A stretch of DNA of 64,000 bases from Burkholderiaceae bacterium (lineage in GTDB: Bacteria; Pseudomonadota; Gammaproteobacteria; Burkholderiales; Burkholderiaceae_E). Below the pieces are notes generated by a model. The model was not told the DNA's origin. It did no database searches and was given only the letters and a program-made list of their open reading frames with translations. The translations under genes and the position numbers were made by a program. Position 1 is the stretch's first letter. The number at the start of each line of letters is the position of its first letter. Shown here piece by piece: positions 26,457 to 38,111 of this stretch. The stretch covers positions 2,464-66,463 of the forward strand of contig JAGXFR010000060.1 in the NCBI GenBank assembly GCA_024637155.1. Direction: 5' to 3'.

Positions 26457-27989
26457 ATGACCCTGATGAATGCGCACCAGTACCGCGAGAGCCTTGCGCG
26501 GCGGCGGCCCATGAAAATCTATCTCGACGGAAAACGGCTGGAGAACCCGCTCGAGCATCCCTCCGTGCAGGCTTCGGTGAACAGCGTCGCGCTCACCTAC
26601 GAACTCGCGCACGATCCCGAGCACCGGGCGCTGATGACCGCGCGCTCCGCGCTCTCGGGCGAAACGGTCAACCGCTTCTGCCACCTGCACCAGAGCAGCG
26701 CCGATCTGATCGACAAGGTTCGCATGCAGCGTCTGGTCGGTCAGCGCTGCGGCACCTGCTTCCAGCGCTGCGTCGGACTCGACGCGCTGAACGCGCTCTT
26801 CGCGGCCACCTTTGAAATCGACCGAAAGTTCGCCACGAACTACCACGAGCGCTTTCGCGCGTTCGCACTCGCGATGGAGTCCAACGACTGGATCGTCGAT
26901 GGCGCGATGACCGACGTCAAGGGTGATCGAAGCCGACGCCCGGCGGAGCAGTCGGACCCGGACATGTACCTGCGCGTCGTGGAGCGCCGCGCCGATGGCG
27001 TGGTGATTCGCGGCGCAAAGGCCCACCAGACCGGGGCGATCAACTCGCACTGGGTGCTGGTGATGCCGACCGTGGCGCTGCGCGACGATGAAGGCGATTA
27101 CGCGATCGCCTGCGCGCTGCCCGCCGACGCCGAGGGCATCACCTACATCTACGGGCGCCAGTCGTGCGACGAGCGCAAGCTCGGCGGCGATGCCGCCTCG
27201 GCGATCGACTCCGGGAGCGCCTGCTACGGGGGGCAGGAAGCGCTGATGATCTTCGACGACGTCTTCGTCCCGAATGAGTCCGTCTTCATGGACGGCGAGA
27301 TCGCCTTCGCAGGACTGCTGGTCGACCTGTTCGCCAGCTATCACCGCCAGAGCTACGGCGGCTGCAAGGTCGGCAAGGGAGACGTCGCGATCGGCGCGGC
27401 GGCCACCATCGCACAGTTGAACGGTGTCGAGCGCGCCGCGCACATCCGCGACAAGATCATCGAGATGAATCACCTGAACGAGACGCTCTTCGCCTGCGGG
27501 ATCGCGTGCTCGGCCAACGGCACGCAGCTGCCCGCGGGCAACTGGTTCGTCGATCCGCTGCTCGCCAACGTATGCAAGCAGAACGTGACGCGCTTTCCCT
27601 ACGAGATCGCGCGCCTGCTCCAGGACATCGCCGGCGGGCTGATGGTGACGCTGCCCTCGGCGAAGGACTGGCTGAACCCGGAGACCGCCGCGCTGCTGCG
27701 CAAGTACCTTGCGGGCGCAGAAGGGTCGGATCCTGAGGAGCGGATCCGGATGCTGCGACTCATCGAGAACCTGACGATGGGGCGCGGCGCGGTCGCGTAC
27801 CTCACCGAGTCGATGCATGGCGCGGGCTCACCCCAGGCGCAGCGGATCATGATTGGGCGGCTGGCCAACGTCGACGAGAAGAAGGTCTACGCGCGCAGCC
27901 TCGCGGCGCACGACGACCTGGAGGGCGTCGAGGCCGCGATCCGCACCGGGCTCGCCGGCCTGCGCGCAGCGAAAGCCCCCGCGGCATAG
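26457..27989 (+). CDS. abfD: 4-hydroxybutyryl-CoA dehydratase / vinylacetyl-CoA delta-isomerase
   Basis: Collinear with my recollection of Clostridium aminobutyricum AbfD: NRFCHLHQS, MQRLVGQRCGTCFQRCVG (Cys ligands), VDGAMTDVKGDR, RGAKAHQTG, YGRQSCD, YHRQSYGGCKVG (His/Cys ligands), NVCKQNVTRFPYE, ESMHGAGSPQAQRIMI. Confidence 0.85.
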   Translation: MTLMNAHQYRESLARRRPMKIYLDGKRLENPLEHPSVQASVNSVALTYELAHDPEHRALMTARSALSGETVNRFCHLHQSSADLIDKVRMQRLVGQRCGTCFQRCVGLDALNALFAATFEIDRKFATNYHERFRAFALAMESNDWIVDGAMTDVKGDRSRRPAEQSDPDMYLRVVERRADGVVIRGAKAHQTGAINSHWVLVMPTVALRDDEGDYAIACALPADAEGITYIYGRQSCDERKLGGDAASAIDSGSACYGGQEALMIFDDVFVPNESVFMDGEIAFAGLLVDLFASYHRQSYGGCKVGKGDVAIGAAATIAQLNGVERAAHIRDKIIEMNHLNETLFACGIACSANGTQLPAGNWFVDPLLANVCKQNVTRFPYEIARLLQDIAGGLMVTLPSAKDWLNPETAALLRKYLAGAEGSDPEERIRMLRLIENLTMGRGAVAYLTESMHGAGSPQAQRIMIGRLANVDEKKVYARSLAAHDDLEGVEAAIRTGLAGLRAAKAPAA

Positions 27990-28177
27990 TGCGCGGCAGC
28001 GCGCGCCGCCGGGCGCCCGGTTTGCCTCCGGGCGTCGCCGGGGGCTTGACAATTGCCCCGATTGGACGCAGAAACGATCTCACCACGATTCGAGGTGTAT
28101 GCGCTAAGCAACTATTCCCAAAGGAATTTCTTGGTACACTGCGTGCGTAATCGGCGCCTCTGGCGCGGGGGGAGACC

Positions 28178-29326
28178 ATGAAAAAAGCGCTGGGTGGCGG
28201 GTTGGCGGGACTGATCCTGGGATGTTGGCTGGTGATCGGACCGGCGGGGGTGCAGGCCAAGTCACCCGCCCCTGCCGAAAAGTCAGCTGCCGCGAAGAAG
28301 GCGCCGCGCGCCAGCGCGCAGGCAGCGGTCGCAAAGAACACGGCAAAGGCCAGGGCCACCGCGTCTTCCCGGTCGGCGGCCACGCGCAAGTCCGCCAAGG
28401 CAAAGAGTTCCCCGAAGAGGGCCTCGGCCAAGCCTGCCTCAGCGCACACCGTTTCAGTGAAGCGCACAACCCGGGACGCCCCGGCGCGGCCGTCGCTCGG
28501 ACAGTCGATGGGTCTGCACGCGGCCAGCGACGCGCTTGATCTGCGCTCGTCGGTGGCCCTCGTCACCGACGCCGTGACCGGCGAGATCCTCTACGAGAAG
28601 AACGCGTTCGCCGTCCTGCCGATCGCGTCGATCACCAAGCTGATGACCGCGATCGTGGTGCTGGATTCCCAGGCGTCCATGAACGAGATGCTCACCATCA
28701 CCCAGGCGGATGTCGACACCGAGCGCGGTTCGCGCTCGCGCCTGCCCGCCGGTACGCGCCTGTCGCGCGCCGAACTTCTGCAACTGGCCTTGATGTCTTC
28801 CGAGAACCGGGCTGCCCACGCCCTCGGACGCCACCACCCGCAGGGCTATCGCGCGTTTGTGGACGCGATGAACGCGCGCGCGCGCAGCCTCGGCATGCGG
28901 GATACCACCTTTGTCGAGCCGACCGGACTATCGAGCGCCAACGCCTCGAACGCACGCGACCTCGCCAAGCTCGTGCGTGCCGCAGCGGGCTATCCGTTGA
29001 TTCGCGAGTATTCGACCGCTCCGGAACTCACCGTCGACAGCGGTTATCGGCAGCATGCGTTTCGCAATACGAACCGGTTGATTTCCTCGGAAGGCTGGGA
29101 CATCGAACTCCAGAAGACCGGCTACATCTCCGAGGCCGGGCGCTGCCTGGTGATGCAGGTTCAACTCGACGGCCGCCAGATCGTGCTCGTGCTGCTCGAT
29201 TCCACGGGCCGCTATTCGCGCTTCGGCGACGCCCAGCGCGTGCGCGTCTGGCTCGAAAGCACCGACCGGCGCTCACCGGCGCGCACGATCAGCCAGGCCA
29301 TGCCGGCGCTGTCCGAGAATTCCTAA
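28178..29326 (+). CDS. D-alanyl-D-alanine endopeptidase/carboxypeptidase (peptidase S11, PBP7-like)
   Basis: Signal peptide, a K/A-rich low-complexity linker, then ASITKLMTA (SxxK), SENRAA (SxN) and KTGY (KTG) motifs. Confidence 0.85.
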   Translation: MKKALGGGLAGLILGCWLVIGPAGVQAKSPAPAEKSAAAKKAPRASAQAAVAKNTAKARATASSRSAATRKSAKAKSSPKRASAKPASAHTVSVKRTTRDAPARPSLGQSMGLHAASDALDLRSSVALVTDAVTGEILYEKNAFAVLPIASITKLMTAIVVLDSQASMNEMLTITQADVDTERGSRSRLPAGTRLSRAELLQLALMSSENRAAHALGRHHPQGYRAFVDAMNARARSLGMRDTTFVEPTGLSSANASNARDLAKLVRAAAGYPLIREYSTAPELTVDSGYRQHAFRNTNRLISSEGWDIELQKTGYISEAGRCLVMQVQLDGRQIVLVLLDSTGRYSRFGDAQRVRVWLESTDRRSPARTISQAMPALSENS

Positions 29327-29335
29327 ACCGTCGGT

Positions 29336-30133
29336 TCAGGACACTGCGGCTCGCTCGAAGCCGAGCGCCGCGGAGATCTGACCGGCGCAGCGACAGAGCT
29401 GCTCGATCCAGTCCTCCTGGATGAAGTCGGCCGGCGCCGAAATCGACAAGCCCGCGACCAGTTCCGCGCCATCGTCACGAATCCCGGAAGCGATGCAGCG
29501 CACACCCGGTTCGAGTTCCTCGTTGTCGCGCGCGAATCCGTCGGCCCGCACCTGGGCGAGTTCGCTCTCCAGCCGCGTGATCGCGGTGATGCTGTTGCGC
29601 GTGTGACCCGGCAGTCCGGTGCGCGCCGCGTAGGCGCGCACATTGCGCGGCTCGTCCTCGGCCAGGAAGAGCTTGCCCACCGAAGTCAGGTGCAGCGGAG
29701 CGCGTCCGCCGACGGCGCGCACGACCTGCATCCCCGAGCGCTCGGAGACGGCACGTTCGATGTAGACGATCTCGTCGCCTTGGCGGATCGACAGGTTCAC
29801 GGGCTGGCCCGTGGCGCGGTGGAGCTCGCGCATCGGGGCCAGCGACGCGTCGCGCACGCTCAGGCGCGCCTTGACCAGGTTGCCCAGCTCGAGCAGTCGA
29901 ATCCCCAGCTGGTAGGCGCCCGGCTCGACCCGGTCAACCAGCCGTGAACTGACCAGGTCGTTGAGAATCCGGTGGGCGGTGGACGGGTGCAGTCCGGTGC
30001 CCGCCGCCAGATCCTTCAGGCTGACCGGATCCGAGCGCCGTGCGAGAGCGTCGAGCAGCGACACCATGCGCCCGATCACTTGGATCACGGTGCTGCCGTC
30101 TTCGTTGCTGATGAGGGTGCGCGGGCGGGCCAT
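29336..30133 (-). CDS. IclR-family transcriptional regulator
   Basis: N-terminal wHTH (VIGRMVSLLDALARRSDPVSLKDLAAGTGLHPSTAHRILNDL) and a C-terminal IclR effector domain. Confidence 0.85.
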   Translation of the reverse strand: MARPRTLISNEDGSTVIQVIGRMVSLLDALARRSDPVSLKDLAAGTGLHPSTAHRILNDLVSSRLVDRVEPGAYQLGIRLLELGNLVKARLSVRDASLAPMRELHRATGQPVNLSIRQGDEIVYIERAVSERSGMQVVRAVGGRAPLHLTSVGKLFLAEDEPRNVRAYAARTGLPGHTRNSITAITRLESELAQVRADGFARDNEELEPGVRCIASGIRDDGAELVAGLSISAPADFIQEDWIEQLCRCAGQISAALGFERAAVS

Positions 30134-30211
30134 GGTCGGTTGCCGGAAACTGGTGTGCTGAAATTCTATACCACGTGATGAAATTAGGGGGTGGTTGCGC
30201 AGCGCTGTGCT

Positions 30212-31723
30212 TCAGTTTGCTCCGCGCGCAGCGTCTTCCCCATCGACGTGCCGTGCTTGACGCAGGCGCGCGGCTTTCCGCTGTCCACGCCGTTCCCGGG
30301 CGATCGCATGGAAGCGCGCGAGGTCTGCCTCGAGCGCGGCGAGCGCCGCCTCCTCCTCCCCGCCGAACCAGTCCCGAAGCGCCTCGGCGAGGCGTTCTGG
30401 GCCCAGCGCATGGGTCGCCCCCGTGCTCTGGAACAGCCCGTCCGAGAACGCCATGAAGCGCGCAAACGGCGCCTCGCTCAGCAGGTGAGGCAGGGTTGCG
30501 GAAAAGCGTCCCGAGTTCGCGATCAGGTCCCAGTAGCGGGCAAATCGGGCCATCCTTCTCATATCGTGAAAGCCGATTTGGCCGTTGGCGAGCAGGTCGT
30601 AGGGCGGGCACGGGTTGTAGCGCATTCCCCAGGCCTGCGTATGCCGCTCGATGGGAGCGCCGCGCAGTCGCTTGAGGATGCCCAGCTGGATCTCGTGCGG
30701 ATCGAGTGCGCGCAGACGGTCGAAACCGGCCGCGAACCCGGCGAGGTCTTCGCCCGGGAGTCCGGCAATCAGGTCCACGTGCAGGTGCGCGCGCGTCGCC
30801 GAGCGCAACCATGCGAGGTTCTGCTCGGCGGCGTCGTTGTCCTGGCGCCGACCGATCCGTGTGGCCACTTCCTGGTCCCAGGTCTGGATGCCGATCTCGA
30901 ACTGCAGCGTGCCAGGCGGGAAGCGCAGGATCAGGTCGCGCAGGCGCTGCGGCAGGTGGTCGGGGATCAGTTCGAAGTGCAGGAACACCGGGTCGCCGGG
31001 GTCGCGCGCGATGCGTTCGAGGAAGAACTCGAGGATGCGCTGGCTGGTCGCGACGCGCAGGTTGAAGGTGCGATCGACGAACTTGAAGGCGCGCGCGCCG
31101 CGCTCGTGCAGGCGCGCCAACTCGGCGAGGAAGGGCTCGAGCGGGAAGGGCACCGCGGTGCGATCGAGCGAGGAGAGACAGAACTCGCAGCGATAGGGGC
31201 AGCCGCGCGAGGCCTCGACGTAGATATTGCGGTGCGCGAGATCCTCGTCGCCGTAGAGCGCGTAGGGCAGCGTGAGTGTGGCGAGGTCCGGCCACGGTGC
31301 GGCAATGACGCGCTGCGCGGAAGCGACTCGCGGAACCGTCCCCGGCTCGGCCAGCAGTTCGCGGCACAGCTGGGCGAACACGATCTCGCCGGGGCCGCAG
31401 ACGACGTAATCGGCGAGTGCGCAGATCGGCGGGGCATCGGCCGGAAAACTCACTTCCGGGCCGCCGAGAACCACGACCAGATCGGGCGCCACCCGCTTGA
31501 GAATCGCCACGAGGCGCTCGGTCTCCACGACGTTCCAGATGTAGACGCCCAGGCCCAGCACGCGCGGCTGCTCGTCGAGAATTCGCTCCGCGATCGCTTC
31601 GGAGGCCATGCCGATCACGAATTCGAGCATCCGGGTGCGCGGCGCGAGTTCGCCCAGATTCGCGTGCAAATAACGCAGCCCGAGCGAAGCATGCGTGTGC
31701 CGCGCATTGAGCGTGGCGAGCAC
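30212..31723 (-). CDS. B12-binding-domain radical SAM protein
   Basis: LATLNARHTHASLGLRYL, VLGLGVYIWN and GGPEVSF (cobalamin-binding-like N-terminal domain), then EASRGCPYRCEFC (CxxxCxxC). There is no in-frame ATG after the pyrD stop, so a GTG at 31723 preceded by GGGGGAG is assumed. Confidence 0.75.
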   Translation of the reverse strand: MLATLNARHTHASLGLRYLHANLGELAPRTRMLEFVIGMASEAIAERILDEQPRVLGLGVYIWNVVETERLVAILKRVAPDLVVVLGGPEVSFPADAPPICALADYVVCGPGEIVFAQLCRELLAEPGTVPRVASAQRVIAAPWPDLATLTLPYALYGDEDLAHRNIYVEASRGCPYRCEFCLSSLDRTAVPFPLEPFLAELARLHERGARAFKFVDRTFNLRVATSQRILEFFLERIARDPGDPVFLHFELIPDHLPQRLRDLILRFPPGTLQFEIGIQTWDQEVATRIGRRQDNDAAEQNLAWLRSATRAHLHVDLIAGLPGEDLAGFAAGFDRLRALDPHEIQLGILKRLRGAPIERHTQAWGMRYNPCPPYDLLANGQIGFHDMRRMARFARYWDLIANSGRFSATLPHLLSEAPFARFMAFSDGLFQSTGATHALGPERLAEALRDWFGGEEEAALAALEADLARFHAIARERRGQRKAARLRQARHVDGEDAARGAN

Positions 31724-31763
31724 GATCTCCCCCGCGAGATCGATGCTGCGCAGGGCGCGGGCG

Positions 31764-32783
31764 TCAGCTCGCAATGGCGCGCGCGCACTCGGCGACCAGC
31801 GCCGGTCCCCGGAACACGAGCCCGGTGTAGAGCTGCACGAGCGTCGCGCCCGCGTCGATCTTCGCGCGGGCATCCGCGCCGCTGAGAATTCCGCCCACGC
31901 CGATGATCGGATAGCCGCTCGGGAGCGCTGCGCGCAGCGCCCGGATGACCCGGTTCGCGGGCTCGCGCAGCGGCGCACCGGACAGCCCGCCTGCCTCCTC
32001 GGCGTGCGGCTGTCCCGCGACCGCCTCGCGCGCAATCGTCGTGTTCGTCGCGATCACGGCATCGATCCCGTGCGCGGTGAGCCGGGCGGCGATGCTCTCG
32101 ATCTGCTCGTCCGCCAGATCCGGCGCGATCTTCACCGCCAGCGGCACATAGCGCTCATGTTTCGCGGCCAGTCGGGAGCGTTCGGCGCATATGGCGCCCA
32201 GCACACGGTCAAGTTCGTTCGCACCCTGAAGCTGGCGCAGGTCGGCGGTGTTGGGCGAGGAGACGTTCAGCGCCACGTAGCTGGCATGACGGTATACGCG
32301 CTTGAGGCAGTACACGAAATCGTCCTCGGCTTCGTCGAGCGGCGTGCCCGCGTTCTTGCCGATATTGATTCCCAGCACGCCGCGATATTTCGAGCGACGG
32401 ACCGCGTGCACGAGCGCGTCGACCCCGAGGTTGTTGAATCCCATCCGATTGATCAGGGCCTCGCTCCCCGGGAGTCGGAACATGCGGGGACGGGGGTTGC
32501 CCGGCTGGGCCTTGGGCGTGACCGTGCCGATCTCGACGAATCCGAATCCCAGCGCGGCGAGCGCGTCGACGTGCACTCCGTTCTTGTCGAGGCCCGCGGC
32601 GAGCCCGACGCGGTTGCGAAACCGCAAGCCCATCACCTCCACCGGATCCTCGAGCGGCGCGTCCACGGCGAAGCGCAGCGTGCCGGTGGCCGCAGCCAGC
32701 GCGAGGCCGCGCGTTGCCGCCTCATGGGCCGTCTCGGCCTCGAGCGCGAAGAGCAGGGGACGCAGCAGCGGGTAGAAACTCAT
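31764..32783 (-). CDS. pyrD: Dihydroorotate dehydrogenase (quinone), class 2
   Basis: [41 protein letters not shown]-like (LNVSSPNT) and IGVGGI motifs. 339 aa. Confidence 0.9.
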   Translation of the reverse strand: MSFYPLLRPLLFALEAETAHEAATRGLALAAATGTLRFAVDAPLEDPVEVMGLRFRNRVGLAAGLDKNGVHVDALAALGFGFVEIGTVTPKAQPGNPRPRMFRLPGSEALINRMGFNNLGVDALVHAVRRSKYRGVLGINIGKNAGTPLDEAEDDFVYCLKRVYRHASYVALNVSSPNTADLRQLQGANELDRVLGAICAERSRLAAKHERYVPLAVKIAPDLADEQIESIAARLTAHGIDAVIATNTTIAREAVAGQPHAEEAGGLSGAPLREPANRVIRALRAALPSGYPIIGVGGILSGADARAKIDAGATLVQLYTGLVFRGPALVAECARAIAS

Positions 32784-33571
32784 GGAGCGTCGCCAGCGCC
32801 CGGAATCGAGCCGGCGGCGGGCGCTGCATCGCGCTCGGGTGTCTCCTCGTCCTGCGCCTGCCAGCGGCCCGCGCGCAAGCGCTCGACCGGCTGGAACTGC
32901 GCCTTGTAGGACATCTTGCGGCTCGCCTCGATCCAGTATCCCAGGTAGAGGTGGGGGAGGCCGAGCCGGCGGCACTGCTCGATCTGCCACAGCACGCCGT
33001 AGGTGCCCAGCGGCGCGCCCTTGGCGTCGGGATCGAAGAACGTGTAGACCGAGGACAGGCCGTCCTCGAGGATGTCGATCACCGACACCATCATCAGCCG
33101 ATCGTGTTCGTCACGGAATTCCGCGAGGCGCGTGTTGACCTTGCTCTGCAGCAGGAACTGCGCGTATTGCTCGCGGCTGTCCCGATCCATGCCCGCGCCG
33201 GGATGACGGCGCGCCTGGTAGCGCAGGTACAGGTCGTAGTGCTCGGCCGAGAATCCGAGCCGCGTGATGCGCGTGCTCAGCGCTCGATGCGCGTTCGAGC
33301 AGCGCCGCTGGCTGCGGTTGGGCGAGAAGCGCGCTACATCGACCCGCAGCGGCACGCAGGCGCGGCACCCGTCGCACAACGGACGGTAGGTGAACACGCC
33401 GCTGCGCCGGAAGCCGGCACGCAGCAGGTGGCCGTAGACGTCGGCGTTGATCAGGTGATGTGGTGTGGCGACCTGGGAGCGCGCGGTTCGCCCTGGCAGA
33501 TAACTGCAGGGGTAGGCGCTGGTCGTATAGAACTGCAGCGCGGCGAGGGGCAGTTCCTTCAGATACGTCAT
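32780..33571 (-). CDS. bpt: Arginyl/aspartate-glutamate leucyltransferase Bpt (N-end rule)
   Basis: [35 protein letters not shown] and YLGYWI motifs. The stop overlaps the pyrD start (ATGA). Confidence 0.85.
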   Translation of the reverse strand: MTYLKELPLAALQFYTTSAYPCSYLPGRTARSQVATPHHLINADVYGHLLRAGFRRSGVFTYRPLCDGCRACVPLRVDVARFSPNRSQRRCSNAHRALSTRITRLGFSAEHYDLYLRYQARRHPGAGMDRDSREQYAQFLLQSKVNTRLAEFRDEHDRLMMVSVIDILEDGLSSVYTFFDPDAKGAPLGTYGVLWQIEQCRRLGLPHLYLGYWIEASRKMSYKAQFQPVERLRAGRWQAQDEETPERDAAPAAGSIPGAGDAP

Positions 33572-34305
33572 GACACGGGCAAGTCGATGTGCGAAGCCGA
33601 CCAATTCGGCCCGGGCCGATCGATCAGCCCGGCAATTTCCCCCAGGAATTGCGCCCGCGGGATCACACGAGCCCCCAGCGACGCCAGGTGGCGCGTGTTC
33701 TGCTGGCAGTCTAGCATGCGAAACCCCTCGCCCCGCAGCGTTTCCACGAGTGCCGCGAGCGCCACTTTCGACGCATCGGCAACCCGCGCAAACATCGATT
33801 CGCCGTAGAACATCTGTCCGATCGACACGCCGTAGAGTCCGCCGGCAAGCAGCGCGCGCGCACCCGTCCCGTGCCACAGCTCCACCGAGTGAGCCAGTCC
33901 GTGGTGATGAAGTTCGAGGTACGCCGCGGCGATTTCGTCGGTGATCCAGGTTCCCGGCTGTTGCGCGCGCGGTGCCCGGCAGCAGCGCACGACGGCGGCG
34001 AAATCGCGGTTCAGCGTCACCGCCCAGGTTCCCTGTGCGCGCATTCCGCGGATCGTCTTGCGCAGCGAGCGATGCTGGCGGAATTCATCCAGGTAGAGAA
34101 CCATCCGCGGATCGGGTGACCACCAGAGCACCGGTTGCCCCGGCGCGTACCACGGGAAGATGCCGCGCCGGTACGCCTCGAGCAGGCGCTCGGCCGACAG
34201 ATCGGCACCGGCCGCGAGCAGCCCGTTCGGTTCGGCGAGGGCCAGGTCCGGAGCGGGCAGTGCGTCACCCGGCGCGACCCACGCCAGCGGACGAGACGGA
34301 CTCAC
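33568..34305 (-). CDS. aat: Leucyl/phenylalanyl-tRNA--protein transferase
   Basis: [44 protein letters not shown] and LDCQ motifs. The GTG start overlaps the nudix stop, and the stop overlaps the bpt start. Confidence 0.9.
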   Translation of the reverse strand: MSPSRPLAWVAPGDALPAPDLALAEPNGLLAAGADLSAERLLEAYRRGIFPWYAPGQPVLWWSPDPRMVLYLDEFRQHRSLRKTIRGMRAQGTWAVTLNRDFAAVVRCCRAPRAQQPGTWITDEIAAAYLELHHHGLAHSVELWHGTGARALLAGGLYGVSIGQMFYGESMFARVADASKVALAALVETLRGEGFRMLDCQQNTRHLASLGARVIPRAQFLGEIAGLIDRPGPNWSASHIDLPVS

Positions 34306-34853
34306 GGCGCAGTCGGGCGTGTCCGCGGGTGGATCGCCGCGACGTGCATGTCGAAGCTGCCCTTGTGCCGGTCTTCAAAGTACCGGCGCAGGGTGTACTC
34401 GACGGTTCGAAAGGCCAGCGCATCCCACGGAATTTCTTCCTCGGCGAACAAACGCTCCTCAAGGGTTTCGGCACCCGGGTCGAGGTGTTCGTCGCGCAGC
34501 CGCGCGCGAAAGAACATGTGGACCTGGCGCACGTGAGGTACGTCGAGCACCGAGAACAAGTCGCCGAGTTCGATCGAGGCCCCGGTTTCCTCGAGGGTCT
34601 CGCGCATCGCACCTTCGGTGACCGTTTCCCCGTTCTCCATGAAACCTGCCGGCAGCGTCCAGTAGCCGTAGCGCGGCTCGATCGCCCGCCGGCACAGCAG
34701 GACGCGCTCGCCCCACATCGGGATGGTGCCCAGCACCACCGTGGGATTCTGGTAATGGATCGTCCCGCAACTCGCGCAGCAATAGCGGGCCCGATTGTCC
34801 CCGGGTGGAATTTCGTGGCGCACTTCCTCGCCGCAGTTCGAGCAGAACTTCAT
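34302..34853 (-). CDS. NUDIX hydrolase with N-terminal zinc-ribbon
   Basis: Start MKFCSNCG..CCASCG (zinc ribbon). Nudix box is GFMENGETVTEGAMRETLEETG. Confidence 0.8.
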   Translation of the reverse strand: MKFCSNCGEEVRHEIPPGDNRARYCCASCGTIHYQNPTVVLGTIPMWGERVLLCRRAIEPRYGYWTLPAGFMENGETVTEGAMRETLEETGASIELGDLFSVLDVPHVRQVHMFFRARLRDEHLDPGAETLEERLFAEEEIPWDALAFRTVEYTLRRYFEDRHKGSFDMHVAAIHPRTRPTAP

Positions 34854-35033
34854 CGTTGCAGGCAACCCCCTGAGCCAGTCGCTTGGGCCCCGCCCGCCAG
34901 GCATCGCGTCGCATGCAACGGGTGTCGTGGGTGCGGAAGCGGCTCAGTGTAGCAGCGGCGCCCGGAGTTCGACACGCGCCGCGTCGCGCGCTGTCCGGGA
35001 TTCAGATTCGATGTTATGATCCGTGCTTCCGGA

Positions 35034-35110
<77 letters not shown>

Positions 35111-35358
35111 TCGATTCGTGCCGTTCGACCCGTCTGTGTGTGCACGCTGCAGACGGCGGTTCGCAGGGCTTTCGCGACGAGGTCGCGGGCGCACGGCGAA
35201 CTGCGACGGTGTGATGCGAAGTTCGATGCGCACCCCGAATTTCCCAGGCGTTGGTTGTTCTGCGCTGGCTGCTCCGCATTTGGGGTCGCCGTCCGCGGCG
35301 CCGGGTTCCCGCACCCATTGAGGGCGGGGGTGCTACCGCGTTGGGTGGTCCTGTACCG

Positions 35359-35994
35359 ATGAGTACCGTTGAACCGAAGATCGTGATCGAGTCCGCGCTC
35401 CTGTGCGCCGAGCGGCCGCTCGCCGTTGCGGACCTGCGTCGCCTGTTTGCCGAGGAGATCGAGCCGGCTGAAGTGCGCCGCCTGCTCGACGAACTGGTGC
35501 TCGAGTGGCAGGATCGCGGCATCCGCCTGTTGCGCGTTGCATCGGGCTGGCGCTTTCAGACCGCGCCGGAAATTACGCCGTTTCTCGACCGACTTCATCC
35601 CGAGAAGCCGCCGCGCTACTCGCGTGCCGTGCTCGAGACCCTCGCGATCGTCGCGTATCGCCAGCCGGTGACCCGCGGCGACATCGAGGACATTCGTGGC
35701 GTGGGGGTGTCGTCGCAGATCATCCGCACGCTCGAGGAGCGCGGCTGGATCGAGGTGATCGGCCACAAGGACGTGATCGGTCGCCCGGAATTGCTCGGCA
35801 CCACGCGGGGCTTTCTCGACGATCTGGGCCTGCGCTCGCTCGCCGATCTGCCCGCACTGCTCGCTGCCGGAGGGCCGGGAGTCGAGCCCACCGAGGCCGA
35901 TGCGCCGGGCGCGCCCCAGGAGGGCAACGACGCTTCGGTGCAGCGCGAGATCGGTTTTGACGGGTCCGCTGCGCCCGGGCAGGCCGATGCCTGA
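35359..35994 (+). CDS. scpB: Segregation and condensation protein B
   Basis: [47 protein letters not shown] and GRPELLGTT motifs. Confidence 0.85.
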   Translation: MSTVEPKIVIESALLCAERPLAVADLRRLFAEEIEPAEVRRLLDELVLEWQDRGIRLLRVASGWRFQTAPEITPFLDRLHPEKPPRYSRAVLETLAIVAYRQPVTRGDIEDIRGVGVSSQIIRTLEERGWIEVIGHKDVIGRPELLGTTRGFLDDLGLRSLADLPALLAAGGPGVEPTEADAPGAPQEGNDASVQREIGFDGSAAPGQADA

Positions 35995-36069
35995 ACGCGG
36001 CACGGCATTCCATGACGAGCGGCGCGATGCGCCGCGACTGCAGACACTTCCGAAGGAACCAATGGCCTC

Positions 36070-37872
<1,803 letters not shown>

Positions 37873-37903
37873 ATTCGTACCCGCGCCGCGCGCATGTGCG
37901 TGG

Positions 37904-37925
37904 CGCGGGTCAGGCGCGGGTCAGG
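37904..37925. repeat. Perfect tandem 11-mer GCGCGGGTCAG x2 just downstream of rluB
   Basis: gcgcgggtcag gcgcgggtcag. It shares the GGTCAGGCG core with the repeats at 46.5 and 47.0 kb. Confidence 0.8.
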
Positions 37926-37951
37926 CACTGGTCTTGTGCCGCCTTTAGCTA

Positions 37952-37957
37952 TATAAT
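37952..37957 (+). promoter_or_regulatory. Candidate -10 element (TATAAT) for the rimP-nusA-infB operon
   Basis: A perfect TATAAT in an AT-rich patch (ctttagctatataattcaa) about 160 nt upstream of rimP. There is no convincing -35. Confidence 0.3.
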
Positions 37958-38055
37958 TCAACGGTTCCAGGGAACGTTGGGCGTATTGCAGGGCGCGCCG
38001 GGCGGTTCGATGGGCGCAGTGCGCGCGATTGATCCGTCCAAGCGTGCTCGAGAAG

Positions 38056-38080
38056 GTGGGCTAGCAGCCCATTTTTTTTT
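38056..38080 (+). terminator. Leader hairpin plus T9 tract upstream of rimP (candidate attenuator of the nusA operon)
   Basis: GTGGGCT-AGC-AGCCCAT followed directly by a run of nine T (38072-38080). It lies about 30 nt before the proposed rimP start. Confidence 0.55.
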
Positions 38081-38111
38081 CTCGATTGATGCTGAGAGGG
38101 GAATTCGCGAC

